From NCBI GenBank assembly GCA_963667255.1, contig OY762940.1, forward strand, positions 320,001 to 384,000: 64,000 nt of DNA. Direction: 5' to 3'. The notes under the pieces were generated by a model. The model made no database searches. It had not been told where the DNA came from and saw only the letters and a list, made by a program, of their open reading frames with translations. Shown piece by piece: positions 19,891 through 29,728 of the stretch (its first letter is position 1; each line of letters begins with the position of its first letter). Made by a program: the position numbers and the translations under genes. Source of the stretch: Candidatus Cloacimonadota bacterium. GTDB taxonomy: Bacteria > Cloacimonadota > Cloacimonadia > G963667145.

Positions 19891-20583
19891 ATGATCCAAA
19901 AAAAATATCTAGCACCAAACGGATGCACTTTGTCAAGCCTTATAGTCGGACTTATCGCCATGCAGCAAGTCGTCAACCACGAATATATACAAGCATGCTG
20001 GCTCATAACTCTTTGCATGATTTTCGACCTCTTCGACGGCAAATTAGCCCGCAAATTCGAGGCTTTTAGCGATTTCGGAGCGGAACTCGACTCGCTCGTG
20101 GATTTCCTAAGTTTCGGAGTTGCCCCAGCTTTTTTGGCTTACAACCTGCTACTAATCAAAAAACCTCTGCTTGGAGGTATTCTCTGCATCTTCTATGTGA
20201 TTTGTGCCGTCTCCAGACTCGCTAGATTTAATGTCAATCTCACCGATATGGAAGTCAAGCACGATTTCAAAGGATTACCCGTTCCGGCTGCCGCAGCACT
20301 CATCGTGGCATACATAATATTCTCTACTCGTTTCCCGCACAAAGGATTTGCAACTTACCTCACAGCCATCATCTTAGCCACCTCGTTCATGATGATTAGC
20401 AACATCCAGTTCCGACCCATAAAGGCGTCAGGTGGAAAAAAGATTTACGGAAAAGTCTTCGTCCTCCTCATCCTCATCGCTTCCATAGAATACGCCTCTT
20501 ACATCTACTTCCCGCTCTGTATCTTCTTGCTTTTAAAAAATTTGATTTTGAACATTGGACAAAAAAATCAAAAAAGCGATTAA
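19891..20583 (+). CDS. pssA: CDP-diacylglycerol--serine O-phosphatidyltransferase
   Basis: PN..T, FDLFDGKLARK...SDFGAELDSLVDFLSFGVAPA, RLARFNV, FKGLPVP motifs. Confidence 0.9.
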   Translation: MIQKKYLAPNGCTLSSLIVGLIAMQQVVNHEYIQACWLITLCMIFDLFDGKLARKFEAFSDFGAELDSLVDFLSFGVAPAFLAYNLLLIKKPLLGGILCIFYVICAVSRLARFNVNLTDMEVKHDFKGLPVPAAAALIVAYIIFSTRFPHKGFATYLTAIILATSFMMISNIQFRPIKASGGKKIYGKVFVLLILIASIEYASYIYFPLCIFLLLKNLILNIGQKNQKSD

Positions 20584-21226
20584 AAATCTAACCGAGGACA
20601 TTCTTAATCTGCTTTTCCCCAAGGTTTGTTATTCCTGCTATGAGTCTCTTCCAAATCAAAAAGAAGCCGTTTACATCTGTCCGAACTGCCTACAACAGAT
20701 AGAACTGATTGAGAAACAAGACGATAGCATTTTTTCGCTATACAAGTTCAACCCAACTCTCCGAAAACTAATTCATCAAATAAAATACAAAGACAAGAAA
20801 AGATTAGCTAAACAGCTTTGTTTTTTGCAAAAAGAGAACATAAAAAAGATGCTGACTCCTCTGAACATCAAGAGCATCATTCCCGTTCCGCTCTACTCCA
20901 CGAGATTTAGAGAAAGAGGCTACAACCAGTCCGTGCAGATAGGGGAGTCCATAAGCACCATCCTGAACATCCCTCTTTTCCCCTCTGCCTGCAAAAGAAC
21001 CCGCTACACTCGTTCACAAGCCAAACTATCCAAAAGTGAAAGAGAGAGCAACCTCGTTAATGCGTTTCGGGCAAAGTCGATAAAATCTCTGCAAGACGGA
21101 AACATCCTGCTAATAGACGATGTGCTCACCACAGGCTCCACTCTCAAGCAAGTTTCCCTCGCAGTGCAAAAAATAACCACAGGCAATATCTACGCCTTTA
21201 CCTTAGCCTCGGCAAAAGAAAAATGA
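20555..21226 (+). CDS. comF: ComF family protein (Zn ribbon plus phosphoribosyltransferase-like domain)
   Basis: LLFPKVCYSC...CPNC, IPVPL, RERGYNQ, LLIDDVLTTGST motifs. Confidence 0.88.
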   Translation: MDKKIKKAIKNLTEDILNLLFPKVCYSCYESLPNQKEAVYICPNCLQQIELIEKQDDSIFSLYKFNPTLRKLIHQIKYKDKKRLAKQLCFLQKENIKKMLTPLNIKSIIPVPLYSTRFRERGYNQSVQIGESISTILNIPLFPSACKRTRYTRSQAKLSKSERESNLVNAFRAKSIKSLQDGNILLIDDVLTTGSTLKQVSLAVQKITTGNIYAFTLASAKEK

Positions 21227-21789
21227 ACTACTACACATTTCTAACCATCTTTTTGGCAAACCTGCTCATCCTCGGTGCTATACCGTCTTTGGTAAAATTT
21301 CTCCTCTTCTGCAAACTCCACTCCTTCTTGGGCATCAAACTATTCTTCACACCCGGGATCGTCATCCGCAAAGAAGAATGGCTGAACAACAAAATCAACA
21401 ATGCTATCATTGAGTATCAAAAATTTTGCCTTGACAAAGAAAGCCAGTCCATCATAAAAGCTGAAAAAAAACTTAACGATATTATTTACGAAAAAACAAA
21501 ATTCATCTTGTCTATTCACTTCTTACCGACTTTTGTTTGCAAATTTCTGCATAAATTTATCGGGAAAATGGTTTACCTGCTGACCACCCAATCGGTGAAA
21601 GAGATTACTCCGAGACTGGTAAGCAAATACGAAATCGAGTCACACCTATTGGAAATTAGAAATAAAATCAGCCCTGAATTTGTAGAAGAGATAAGCCAAA
21701 AATACTTGTTCAGATATCTGACCTATTTCTTCGTCGCTTTGGGACTTTTTACAGGAATAATAAATTTGTTAATTATATGGATATTATGA
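21223..21789 (+). CDS. Hypothetical membrane protein (DUF445-like architecture)
   Basis: TM helices at both ends, FTPGIV motif after the first TM; in operon. Confidence 0.55.
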   Translation: MNYYTFLTIFLANLLILGAIPSLVKFLLFCKLHSFLGIKLFFTPGIVIRKEEWLNNKINNAIIEYQKFCLDKESQSIIKAEKKLNDIIYEKTKFILSIHFLPTFVCKFLHKFIGKMVYLLTTQSVKEITPRLVSKYEIESHLLEIRNKISPEFVEEISQKYLFRYLTYFFVALGLFTGIINLLIIWIL

Positions 21790-23021
21790 AAAAAATCGTT
21801 TTTACTTTTTTGCTCACTCTTTGCTCTTGGGGGTTTGCAGTTGAGTTTAGTCAATTGGACTCCGCCTATCTCAGCGGAAATATCAACTACATCAGAGAAA
21901 ACTTGGACAACATCGCCATCTTGACACAGGAAGACAAGGAACGCCTTGAGTATTTCCGAGCCATCGTCCTCACTTCTCCCAAATTCATCAAAGAGTTGGA
22001 AAACATCTCCAAGCAACAAGACAACAAATATTCTCAAGCCTCTCTTTTGGAATTGGCTAAGGTTTACTATTTGGAGCAAAAATACCAAAAAGCGAAAGAG
22101 CTTTTGGGAAAAGTTACCGCCCAAAATCTGCAAGCGGAAAAATACTACTGGCTGGCATATTGCGAATACTCCCTCGGAGAATATATAAACAGCATCTATT
22201 ACGCTCAAAAATTCCTGACTACCACCACGGACAACGACAAAATCGAGAACATCTACATCCTGATTAGCAATTGCTATCTCAAGCAAAATCAATACAAACT
22301 TGCTTTGGAACTGCTGAAAACCGTAGATAATCTCAACCTTTTCTCCGCTCAAAAAGCTGCCGCTCTTTACAATATCGGTCTCTGCTATCAATTGCTTGGC
22401 GACACCGAAAAACAAAACGAAAGTTTTTTCACTCTGAAAAGGGACTTTCCCTACAGCAAATACACACAAATGTTGGGCGAAGTGCCTGAACACGCTGAAG
22501 CGATTGCCAACACAAATCAAAACGCTGAGCCCTCTTCCGGCAATTATTATCTGCAAGTGGGAGCTTTCCAAAACAACGAAAACGCTTTGGAACTCGCGGA
22601 GTTTCTAAAACAAAACAACTTTGCCTCCACCATAAAAAAAGATTTGAAAAACAACACCTTGCTCTACAAAGTAATGGTTGGACCTTTGGCATCGCAAGAC
22701 GAGATTAACCAAAACAAAAGCAAGCTCTTGAGCCACAACTATCCGAGCTTTACCGTGCAACCGGAAAAAGAGGAAGAAAGCGCACTCAGCCAAAAAAGTT
22801 ACTATCTGCAATGTGGCGTTTTCAAAGACCCTTCAAAATTGCGGGGAAGAATAGAAACTCTCGCCAAACTGGGAGTAGAGGCAAAGGCGTATCGCAGAAC
22901 CATAAACAAAGAGGTTTACAACTACGGCGTTATCGGACCTTTCCCCGACAAAGAAAAGGCTCTGATACAGCAACAAGAACTGGTAAAGCAAAATATCAAC
23001 ACCAACCTTTTCGTAAAATAG
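21777..23021 (+). CDS. TPR and tandem SPOR-domain protein
   Basis: Signal peptide, TPR helices, two SPOR repeats (YYLQVGAF...YKVMVGP; YYLQCGVF...IGPF). Confidence 0.82.
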   Translation: MDIMKKIVFTFLLTLCSWGFAVEFSQLDSAYLSGNINYIRENLDNIAILTQEDKERLEYFRAIVLTSPKFIKELENISKQQDNKYSQASLLELAKVYYLEQKYQKAKELLGKVTAQNLQAEKYYWLAYCEYSLGEYINSIYYAQKFLTTTTDNDKIENIYILISNCYLKQNQYKLALELLKTVDNLNLFSAQKAAALYNIGLCYQLLGDTEKQNESFFTLKRDFPYSKYTQMLGEVPEHAEAIANTNQNAEPSSGNYYLQVGAFQNNENALELAEFLKQNNFASTIKKDLKNNTLLYKVMVGPLASQDEINQNKSKLLSHNYPSFTVQPEKEEESALSQKSYYLQCGVFKDPSKLRGRIETLAKLGVEAKAYRRTINKEVYNYGVIGPFPDKEKALIQQQELVKQNINTNLFVK

Positions 23022-23028
23022 CCTCTGC

Positions 23029-25632
23029 ATGGACTCCCAAAAAACCACTCCGATGCTGAAGCAATTTTTGAAGTTCAAAAACCAGCATCCCGATAAAATC
23101 GTTCTCTTTAGAATGGGAGATTTTTACGAGACATTCTTCGAAGATGCAAGGCTCTGCTCCAAAATCCTCAACATTACACTTACCTCGAGAGACAAAAACA
23201 AAGAAAACTCCGTGCCATTGGCAGGATTTCCCTATCACTCTCTGCCCAGCTATCTGCCAAGACTAATCGCCGCTAATCAAAAAATTGTTATTTGTGAACA
23301 AGTGGAAGACCCGAAAAATGCCAAAGGCTTGGTCAAAAGAGAAATCGTAGATATCATCACTCCGGGCAGCATTGTCGATACTGAATACATCCACTCGACT
23401 GCGGACAACTACCTGACATCACTCGTCAAAGAAGGCTCGGAATACGGCGTCGCCAGTGTCGATATCTCCACCGGAAATTTCATCTTCACACAAATCAACA
23501 ACGACCAATTGAGTGCCGAACTAGAGCGACTCTCGCCAAAAGAGTTGCTTGTCATGGAAGAGAACGAAAACGAAATAAAGAACTCGTTCGACCCCAAAGT
23601 TACCCTCAGCCGTTACGAAGACGAAGAGATTGACCTGCCACACGCTGAAAACATCTTGAAAAGCCACTTCTCTCTGCTCTCACTCTCGGGAGTCGGAAGT
23701 TTTGAACATCCCTTGGCAACAAAAGCCGCCGCAATGGCTATCTCTCACTTGAAAAATCTGAAGAAAAACGATTTGAAACATATAAACAAAATCGAATTTT
23801 ATACCCTCGGCTCCAGAGTGCAACTGGACAAATCCACCGTAGCAAATCTGGAACTAACCAAATCTTTGATAGAAGGGACAACGCACGGAACACTTTTGCA
23901 AGTCCTCGACCAAACCTGCACACCCATGGGAAGTCGCCTTTTGAAAAAATGGATACTGCGACCCCTTTTGGAACAAGAAAGTATCGAAAAAAGATTGGAA
24001 ATCGTAGAGGAATTAATCGAGAAAATCGAGCGGACTGCTTACTTGCGGACATCACTCGACCAAGTCGGAGACATCGCCAGATTGGCAAGCAAGCTCTCCA
24101 CAGGCTCTATCAACCCCAGAGAAATCTTGGCAATCGCCGAATACCTGAAAATCAGCAAGCACATCAAGAACACATTGAACTTCTTCGGCTCTTCCTCATT
24201 GCTCCAAATCAAAGACAACATCAAAGATTACCAAGAAATCACCGAAAAAATCGAAGTCACTATTTGCGAAAATCCCCAAAAACTCATCACTCAAGGCGGA
24301 ATAATAAAAAGCGAAGTAAACGACGAATTGAGCGAACTTCACGAAATCAGCCGTCAGGGAAAATCGTGGATAATCAATTTGGAAAAGGAAGAGAAAGAGA
24401 AATCGGGAATTTCCACCCTCAAAATCAACTACAACAAGGTGTTCGGCTACTACATAGAGATTAGCAAACGGCAAGCGGACACCGTGCCGGAAAACTACAT
24501 CAGAAAACAAACTCTGGTAAATTGCGAGAGGTTCATCTCGCCCGAACTCAAAGAATACGAAAGCAAAGTGCTGGGAGCGGAAGAGAGAATAAAAGAGTTG
24601 GAATACGAACTCTTCTGCCAACTGCGAGACTATCTGCAAGAGAGAATCGATAGCATTTTGGAGTTCGCTGAGACCATTGCTCTGCTTGATGTTTACGCCA
24701 ATTTCGCTCAAATCAGTTTCTTGCGTGGCTACTGCAAACCGACCTTCAACGACAAAAATATTCTGACGCTCAAAGACTCGTTTCATCCCGTCATCAAGGA
24801 GTTGCTGAAAGAGCAGAAGTTCGTCCCCAACGACATCTACCTCGACAACGAGCAAAGCAACATCATCCTCATCACAGGTCCGAATATGGCGGGGAAATCT
24901 ACATATCTCAGGCAAATAGCCATCACTGCTCTCATGGCACAAATCGGCTGTTTCGTTCCGGCAAAAGAGGCTTCCATGCCGATTTTCGACAAAATTTTCA
25001 CTCGGGTCGGAGCATCGGACAACTTGGCAAAGGGACAAAGCACCTTCTTGGTGGAGATGCTGGAGACAGCCTCCATCCTCAACTTTGCCACCAAAAACTC
25101 CTTGGTAATCTTGGACGAAATCGGACGAGGAACCAGCACCTACGATGGTCTGTCTCTCGCTTGGGCGATTATCGAGTACTTGCACACCAGCCACATGAAA
25201 GGCGTAAAGACCTTGTTCGCAACGCATTACCACGAATTGACATACTTACCAAAAATTTTACCGAGAGTGAAAAACTACAATGTTCTCGTGGAAAAAGATG
25301 AGAACAAAATTCTCTTTTTGCACAAAGTCGTGCCCGGACACGCATCGCAAAGCTACGGAATAGATGTCGCCCGTCTGGCAGGCATCCCGATGGCTGTGAT
25401 AGACCGAGCCAAAGAAATCTTGGTAGAGCTGGAAGAGCCCAACCACAACGAAAAGAAAGAGAAAGCTCTTTCCCAATTGCAAGCCTTCCCTCAACCGCAA
25501 AAAACAAAAATCCCTAAAAATCTGCTGACCTTGCAAAAAGAGGTCGAGAAAATCTCTCCCGACAATCTCACTCCGCTTGAGGCGTTACAGAAATTGGCGG
25601 AACTCAAAAAAATCTTGTCTCAAGACTTCTGA
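23029..25632 (+). CDS. mutS: DNA mismatch repair protein MutS
   Basis: TPMLKQF, FRMGDFYE, TGPNMAGKST, FTRVGASD, STFLVEM, DEIGRGTST, ATHYHEL, SYGI motifs. Confidence 0.98.
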   Translation: MDSQKTTPMLKQFLKFKNQHPDKIVLFRMGDFYETFFEDARLCSKILNITLTSRDKNKENSVPLAGFPYHSLPSYLPRLIAANQKIVICEQVEDPKNAKGLVKREIVDIITPGSIVDTEYIHSTADNYLTSLVKEGSEYGVASVDISTGNFIFTQINNDQLSAELERLSPKELLVMEENENEIKNSFDPKVTLSRYEDEEIDLPHAENILKSHFSLLSLSGVGSFEHPLATKAAAMAISHLKNLKKNDLKHINKIEFYTLGSRVQLDKSTVANLELTKSLIEGTTHGTLLQVLDQTCTPMGSRLLKKWILRPLLEQESIEKRLEIVEELIEKIERTAYLRTSLDQVGDIARLASKLSTGSINPREILAIAEYLKISKHIKNTLNFFGSSSLLQIKDNIKDYQEITEKIEVTICENPQKLITQGGIIKSEVNDELSELHEISRQGKSWIINLEKEEKEKSGISTLKINYNKVFGYYIEISKRQADTVPENYIRKQTLVNCERFISPELKEYESKVLGAEERIKELEYELFCQLRDYLQERIDSILEFAETIALLDVYANFAQISFLRGYCKPTFNDKNILTLKDSFHPVIKELLKEQKFVPNDIYLDNEQSNIILITGPNMAGKSTYLRQIAITALMAQIGCFVPAKEASMPIFDKIFTRVGASDNLAKGQSTFLVEMLETASILNFATKNSLVILDEIGRGTSTYDGLSLAWAIIEYLHTSHMKGVKTLFATHYHELTYLPKILPRVKNYNVLVEKDENKILFLHKVVPGHASQSYGIDVARLAGIPMAVIDRAKEILVELEEPNHNEKKEKALSQLQAFPQPQKTKIPKNLLTLQKEVEKISPDNLTPLEALQKLAELKKILSQDF

Positions 25633-26318
25633 TGGCGATATTTGCAGACAGTTCGTCTGCTGATTTTTATCCCCTCGCCCTGTAAAACTTCCGCAATCTC
25701 CCTGTCGTTCTTCCCGCTTTCAGCGAGATTTTTTACCCTATAAACCAACTTTTTCAAGCTGACTTTTCCTTGACCTTTGACCAACAAATCCCGCAAATCT
25801 CGGAACTCTTCCCTAAATTTGACCCGCTTGTTTTTCACCAAAGAGTAAAAAACATTTTTGGAAATCTCCAACTCCTCACACACCTTGTCCGAAGAGATTG
25901 GCAAAAACACCAACCCCTGTTGCAAAGCAATCTCTTGGAATTTGCAAAGATAAAATCCGACCTTGTGCAAAAGCTTTTCTCGGGAATTTAGAATATTCAA
26001 AAGCAATTTGACCCGCTTCCTTCTCTCCAAAAAAAACGGCTCCGTGCAAGCGGCATACTCGGGATTTAGCACCAACTCCGGCAAGTAAACACCATTGACC
26101 AGACACTCTCTGCCATCCCAAATCAAATCCACCTGCTCCTGCGAATAGTCGTAATTTTCGACCTTGCTCATATCCAGCAGAGGATTGTCCCAAATCTCGT
26201 GCTTCACAAACAAGCTAAGCTCCCGCAAATCCATCTTATACAACTCCAAGAAAAGCGGAGATTGCCCCACTTTTCTCCCCACAACGATGTCTTCAAAATT
26301 GATTAGCGAATTGCTCAT
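25620..26318 (-). CDS. Short sigma-54 (RpoN)-like protein lacking the core-binding domain
   Basis: Region I-like LEL..MDLREL...EIWDNPLLD, ELH/HTH-like segment, and a C-terminal RpoN box (DREIAEVL..EGIKISRRTVCKYR) in only 232 aa. Confidence 0.75.
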   Translation of the reverse strand: MSNSLINFEDIVVGRKVGQSPLFLELYKMDLRELSLFVKHEIWDNPLLDMSKVENYDYSQEQVDLIWDGRECLVNGVYLPELVLNPEYAACTEPFFLERRKRVKLLLNILNSREKLLHKVGFYLCKFQEIALQQGLVFLPISSDKVCEELEISKNVFYSLVKNKRVKFREEFRDLRDLLVKGQGKVSLKKLVYRVKNLAESGKNDREIAEVLQGEGIKISRRTVCKYRHQKS

Positions 26319-26330
26319 AACGGGCTTCTC

Positions 26331-26942
26331 TTACTGAACTCGGAGTTTGGCAGCCTCAAAAAGCTCTTGCGTGTTGAGATTTTCCGTGATGCCCACATCC
26401 AAAACATCCACATACACAGCGTCCTTGTAATACGGCATCAGCACATCGCGAAAAGTCGGACTGACACTGTCATCCAGAACTTTTTGCACGAAATCAGCTG
26501 AAAACAAAATCGGATGACCCTTCTTCGGACGACCATCTTTGCGACCCACGGGAATGACAAACGGAGCGTTCCCCACGAAAGCATCCATTATCGTCCGATA
26601 GCTCGACGGCAAAACAAACGGCTGGTCAATCAGATTCAGCATCACCGGACTCCCTGCATCCACACTCTCAAACCCCTTCTTGATAGACGACAGCATACCC
26701 CCTTCGAGATGATTCGGATTTAGCACAGGATAAGCAAATCTTTCGTATCTATCGCCCAGATAATCGGATACCGCTTGGAAATTGTCGCCCAAGACAACAA
26801 CGACCTTTTCCGAAAAAACCTGCAATTTCTTCAAAACCATATCGATGGTTTTCGCCTTACCGACCGTCAAAAGAGCTTTGTCCTCGCCCATTCTGGACGA
26901 TTGCCCTGCACAGAGCAATATGGAAGTAATTTTCATACTCAA
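26331..26942 (-). CDS. MocA/MobA-like nucleotidyltransferase family protein
   Basis: ILLCAGQSSRMGEDKALL, NP...GMLSSIKKG, DQP, GHPILF, NLNT motifs. Confidence 0.85.
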   Translation of the reverse strand: MSMKITSILLCAGQSSRMGEDKALLTVGKAKTIDMVLKKLQVFSEKVVVVLGDNFQAVSDYLGDRYERFAYPVLNPNHLEGGMLSSIKKGFESVDAGSPVMLNLIDQPFVLPSSYRTIMDAFVGNAPFVIPVGRKDGRPKKGHPILFSADFVQKVLDDSVSPTFRDVLMPYYKDAVYVDVLDVGITENLNTQELFEAAKLRVQ

Positions 26943-27126
26943 ATCCTTATTTGTAATTCTCTCGCCAAAGTTGAGTTAGCGGTGCACAAAGTCAAGTGGT
27001 AGTTATCGTTATGTGCTTTCCCAGAGGGTCTTCATATCTGACCTCATAAATGAAGCCTCAAATGATTAACCGTATTTATGTGGTCAGGCTACGACAAAAA
27101 AAGAACAGATAAGCACGAAAATAAGA

Positions 27127-27248
27127 ATGGGTCCCCGTTTTCACGAGGACGAAGAATAGAGAGCAAGAAGACAAAGAAGAACAAGAAGCCCACCTCATTC
27201 CCGCGTAGGCGGGAATCCAGCCGGAGACTAACAAGGACAACAGCAGTC
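27127..27248. repeat. REP-like palindrome cluster 1
   Basis: ATGGGTCCCCGTTTTCACGAGGACGA (27127-27152) and CCTCATTCCCGCGTAGGCGGGAATCCAG (27193-27220); the latter matches the reverse complement of 56766-56793 at 27/28. Confidence 0.8.
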
Positions 27249-27495
27249 ATTACGAGTCACCAATGCAGTTGCTACTTTGCAAATTCCAAAAATCCTTTGA
27301 CTAAAAAATTTCAAATCCTATTTGGGTTTAAAATTGGAAGGAAGAAGAAAATAAGAGAAAGGAATTAAATGCAATTGTAGTTGACCTGCCAATTTCGGAT
27401 GACTAAATATCATTGAAATTATGCTGATATTGTTTGCAATAGTGGGGTATTTTTTAAAAACCTCCCATCCGTGGCGATTATTAAAGGCGAATAAA

Positions 27496-28302
27496 ATGGA
27501 ACCAATTTTTATAAATTATGTAAGAGAAAACGCAGATATCATCGAAAAAATCTGTGCTTCCTTAAAAAGAGAAAATATACCTTACTGGATAGATAGAGAA
27601 AAAATTAATCCTGGAAAATTGTGGAAAACATCAATAAGAGAAGCAATTAAAAAAGGCTCATTATTTATAGCTTGTTTTTCAAATGAATCTGTAAACAAAT
27701 CCGAATCAGTAATGAATGAAGAATTAACTATAGCTACTGATGTTTTAAGAAAAAAACAATTTGATTCTGGATGGCTTATACCTATTAAATTAAATAAATG
27801 TACAATACCAGATATTGAAATTGGAGGAGGGCGACATTTCTCAGATATTCAATATATTGAACTTTACCCTGATTTCAGTACAGGTGTAGAGAGGCTTATT
27901 GATTATATAAAAAACAAATTTGATCTTAATGATAAAAAAGAAGATGAATATTATAAACGGATGGAAGATATTTACAATCAATACAAAGCTTATAAAGCAT
28001 TAATTGATAACTGTGATGGCGAATATTTTCATAATGGTGACTTAGGACATCCTGTATATATGGCAGGAGCTTATGGGAAACCCGATGGATATTGGAAATA
28101 TGCAGATTCGAAAGATAATAATTACCTTTTTAAGAAATTGTCCTCTCTAACACAGGAACTAAAGAAAAATGGTATTGAAAAACAAAGATATATTTGGTGG
28201 TATGACTTCTCTGATTGGCAATCATTTTGCCTATATGTAATTAAAACATATAGACAAAAAATGGGATATAAAGATATTGATTTGACGGCAAATCATAGTT
28301 AA
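27496..28302 (+). CDS. TIR-domain protein with unrecognised C-terminal domain
   Basis: IFINY.RE, WID...I.PG..W...I.EAI, FIACFS..S, NEEL (catalytic Glu position), IPIKL..C.IP; AT-rich; start taken at the ATG at 27496. Confidence 0.85.
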   Translation: MEPIFINYVRENADIIEKICASLKRENIPYWIDREKINPGKLWKTSIREAIKKGSLFIACFSNESVNKSESVMNEELTIATDVLRKKQFDSGWLIPIKLNKCTIPDIEIGGGRHFSDIQYIELYPDFSTGVERLIDYIKNKFDLNDKKEDEYYKRMEDIYNQYKAYKALIDNCDGEYFHNGDLGHPVYMAGAYGKPDGYWKYADSKDNNYLFKKLSSLTQELKKNGIEKQRYIWWYDFSDWQSFCLYVIKTYRQKMGYKDIDLTANHS

Positions 28303-28323
28303 GAGGGCATTCTGCTTCATTCA

Positions 28324-28356
28324 AAACCAGTTTGTCGTCCTAAACAAAACTGGTTT
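28324..28356. terminator. Hairpin downstream of the TIR gene, probable terminator
   Basis: AAACCAGTTTG...CAAAACTGGTTT inverted repeat about 20 nt after the stop. Confidence 0.5.
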
Positions 28357-28404
28357 AAAAAACACATCCACTACAGTCAAACAACCTCTACCTCTGAGGA
28401 GAAA

Positions 28405-28848
28405 ATGAAAAAAAATCTAACCATAAAAAACAGCACGGCTGAATTTCTTATTTTTACCAAGCAAAACGGTAAAGGGACAATAGATGTTCGTGTCGAAGAT
28501 GAAAATATTTGGCTCACGCAGAAGCTAATTGCCAAACTTTTCGGAGTGGAAATCCCAACCATCAATGAGCATTTGAAAAATATTTTTAAAAGTGGAGAAC
28601 TACAAGATAATTCAGTTATTAGGAATTCCCTAATAACTGCCGATGACGGGAAAAATTACCAAACAAAACATTACAATCTGGAAGCGATTATTGCTGTCGG
28701 CTTTCGGGTTAATTCGCAAGAAACAACCAATTTTCGCAGATGGGCAAATGCCGTGCTCAAAGATTTTACCCTCAAAGGATATGTGCTGGACGATGTGAGA
28801 CTAAAAAACGGAGCTTACCTCAGCAAAGAATATTTTAGAATAATATAA
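28405..28848 (+). pseudogene. Truncated RhuM-family protein (N-terminal half only)
   Basis: IWLTQK.IA.LFGV..PTINEHLKNIFKSGEL, HYNLEAIIAVGFRVNS, FRRWA, KGYVLDDVRLKNG; stops right after EYF, where this family normally continues. Confidence 0.78.
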
Positions 28849-28850
28849 CC

Positions 28851-29726
28851 ATGCTCCATACTATTGAAAACAAAGACCTTATCTGCACCATCGAATCTAA
28901 AGGTGCAGAAATCCGCTCTCTGAAAAACAAAGCGACCAGCGAAGAATATATCTGGCAGATAGATAACAAGATTTGGGGAAGCAGTTCGCCAGTGCTATTT
29001 CCCTACATCGGCAATGTCAAAGAGGGCAAAATCATTTTTAATGGGAAAGAGTATCCCGCTCCCAAGCATGGAATTATTAGGAATAATGAGCACTTGATTT
29101 TTCAACAAAACGGAGCTTCTGCCTGCTCTTTTTGTCTTACAAGTTCGATGGAAACTCTGAAACATTATCCTTTCAAATTTTTGTTCACGGTCGAATATGC
29201 CCTCATCGAAAAGCGACTAATTATGACATATCGAATTAAAAACAGAGACTCCATTCCGATGAATTTTCTTTGTGGAGGGCACACAGCATACTCTTGTCCT
29301 CTAGGCGATGAGACGAACTTGTCCGACTATCTTATTGAATTTCCCCATAAAATAAACCTCAAATCTTTGACTCTCGGGACTTCGGGCTTGCTTAGCAAAC
29401 ATAAAAGGGAAATTAAAAGTTGTGGCAATTTTCTTCCGCTTTCGGATACCATATTTGACGAAGATGCACTGATATTCCCAAACATCGAATGTGATTGGGT
29501 GAGATTGCGAAAAAAAGATGCCGAAAAAGGTATCATCGTCCGCTTTCCAAGCTATCCGCATCTTGCCTTGTGGTCAAAGCCATCAGCCGACTATGTCTGC
29601 ATAGAACCTTGGCTCGGACTCCCTGATAGCGAAGATGAGGCGATTGATTTGAGCCAAAAGCCTGAATACAAAACCATTGAACCCAACACGGAATTTGCAA
29701 TCGCCATTGAGACGGAAATAGAGTAG
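28851..29726 (+). CDS. Aldose 1-epimerase family protein (LacX-like)
   Basis: KGAE..SL, EYIWQ, SPVLFP, KHG..R, YPF.F, GGH, YVCIEPW motifs. Confidence 0.9.
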   Translation: MLHTIENKDLICTIESKGAEIRSLKNKATSEEYIWQIDNKIWGSSSPVLFPYIGNVKEGKIIFNGKEYPAPKHGIIRNNEHLIFQQNGASACSFCLTSSMETLKHYPFKFLFTVEYALIEKRLIMTYRIKNRDSIPMNFLCGGHTAYSCPLGDETNLSDYLIEFPHKINLKSLTLGTSGLLSKHKREIKSCGNFLPLSDTIFDEDALIFPNIECDWVRLRKKDAEKGIIVRFPSYPHLALWSKPSADYVCIEPWLGLPDSEDEAIDLSQKPEYKTIEPNTEFAIAIETEIE

Positions 29727-29728
29727 CT

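Noticed and set aside
27127..27248. Possible CRISPR array from the palindromic repeats
   Set aside because: No regularly spaced identical repeats with unique spacers, and no cas genes in the window.
27078..27368. 96-aa ORF here and the small ORFs at 56601-56949
   Set aside because: They are translations of REP-like palindromes (FPRRRES, WIPASAGM), not credible proteins.
28295..28360. Possible integron attC site after the TIR gene
   Set aside because: There is a hairpin and a GTTAAGA, but no matching RYYYAAC...GTTRRRY pair and no integrase.
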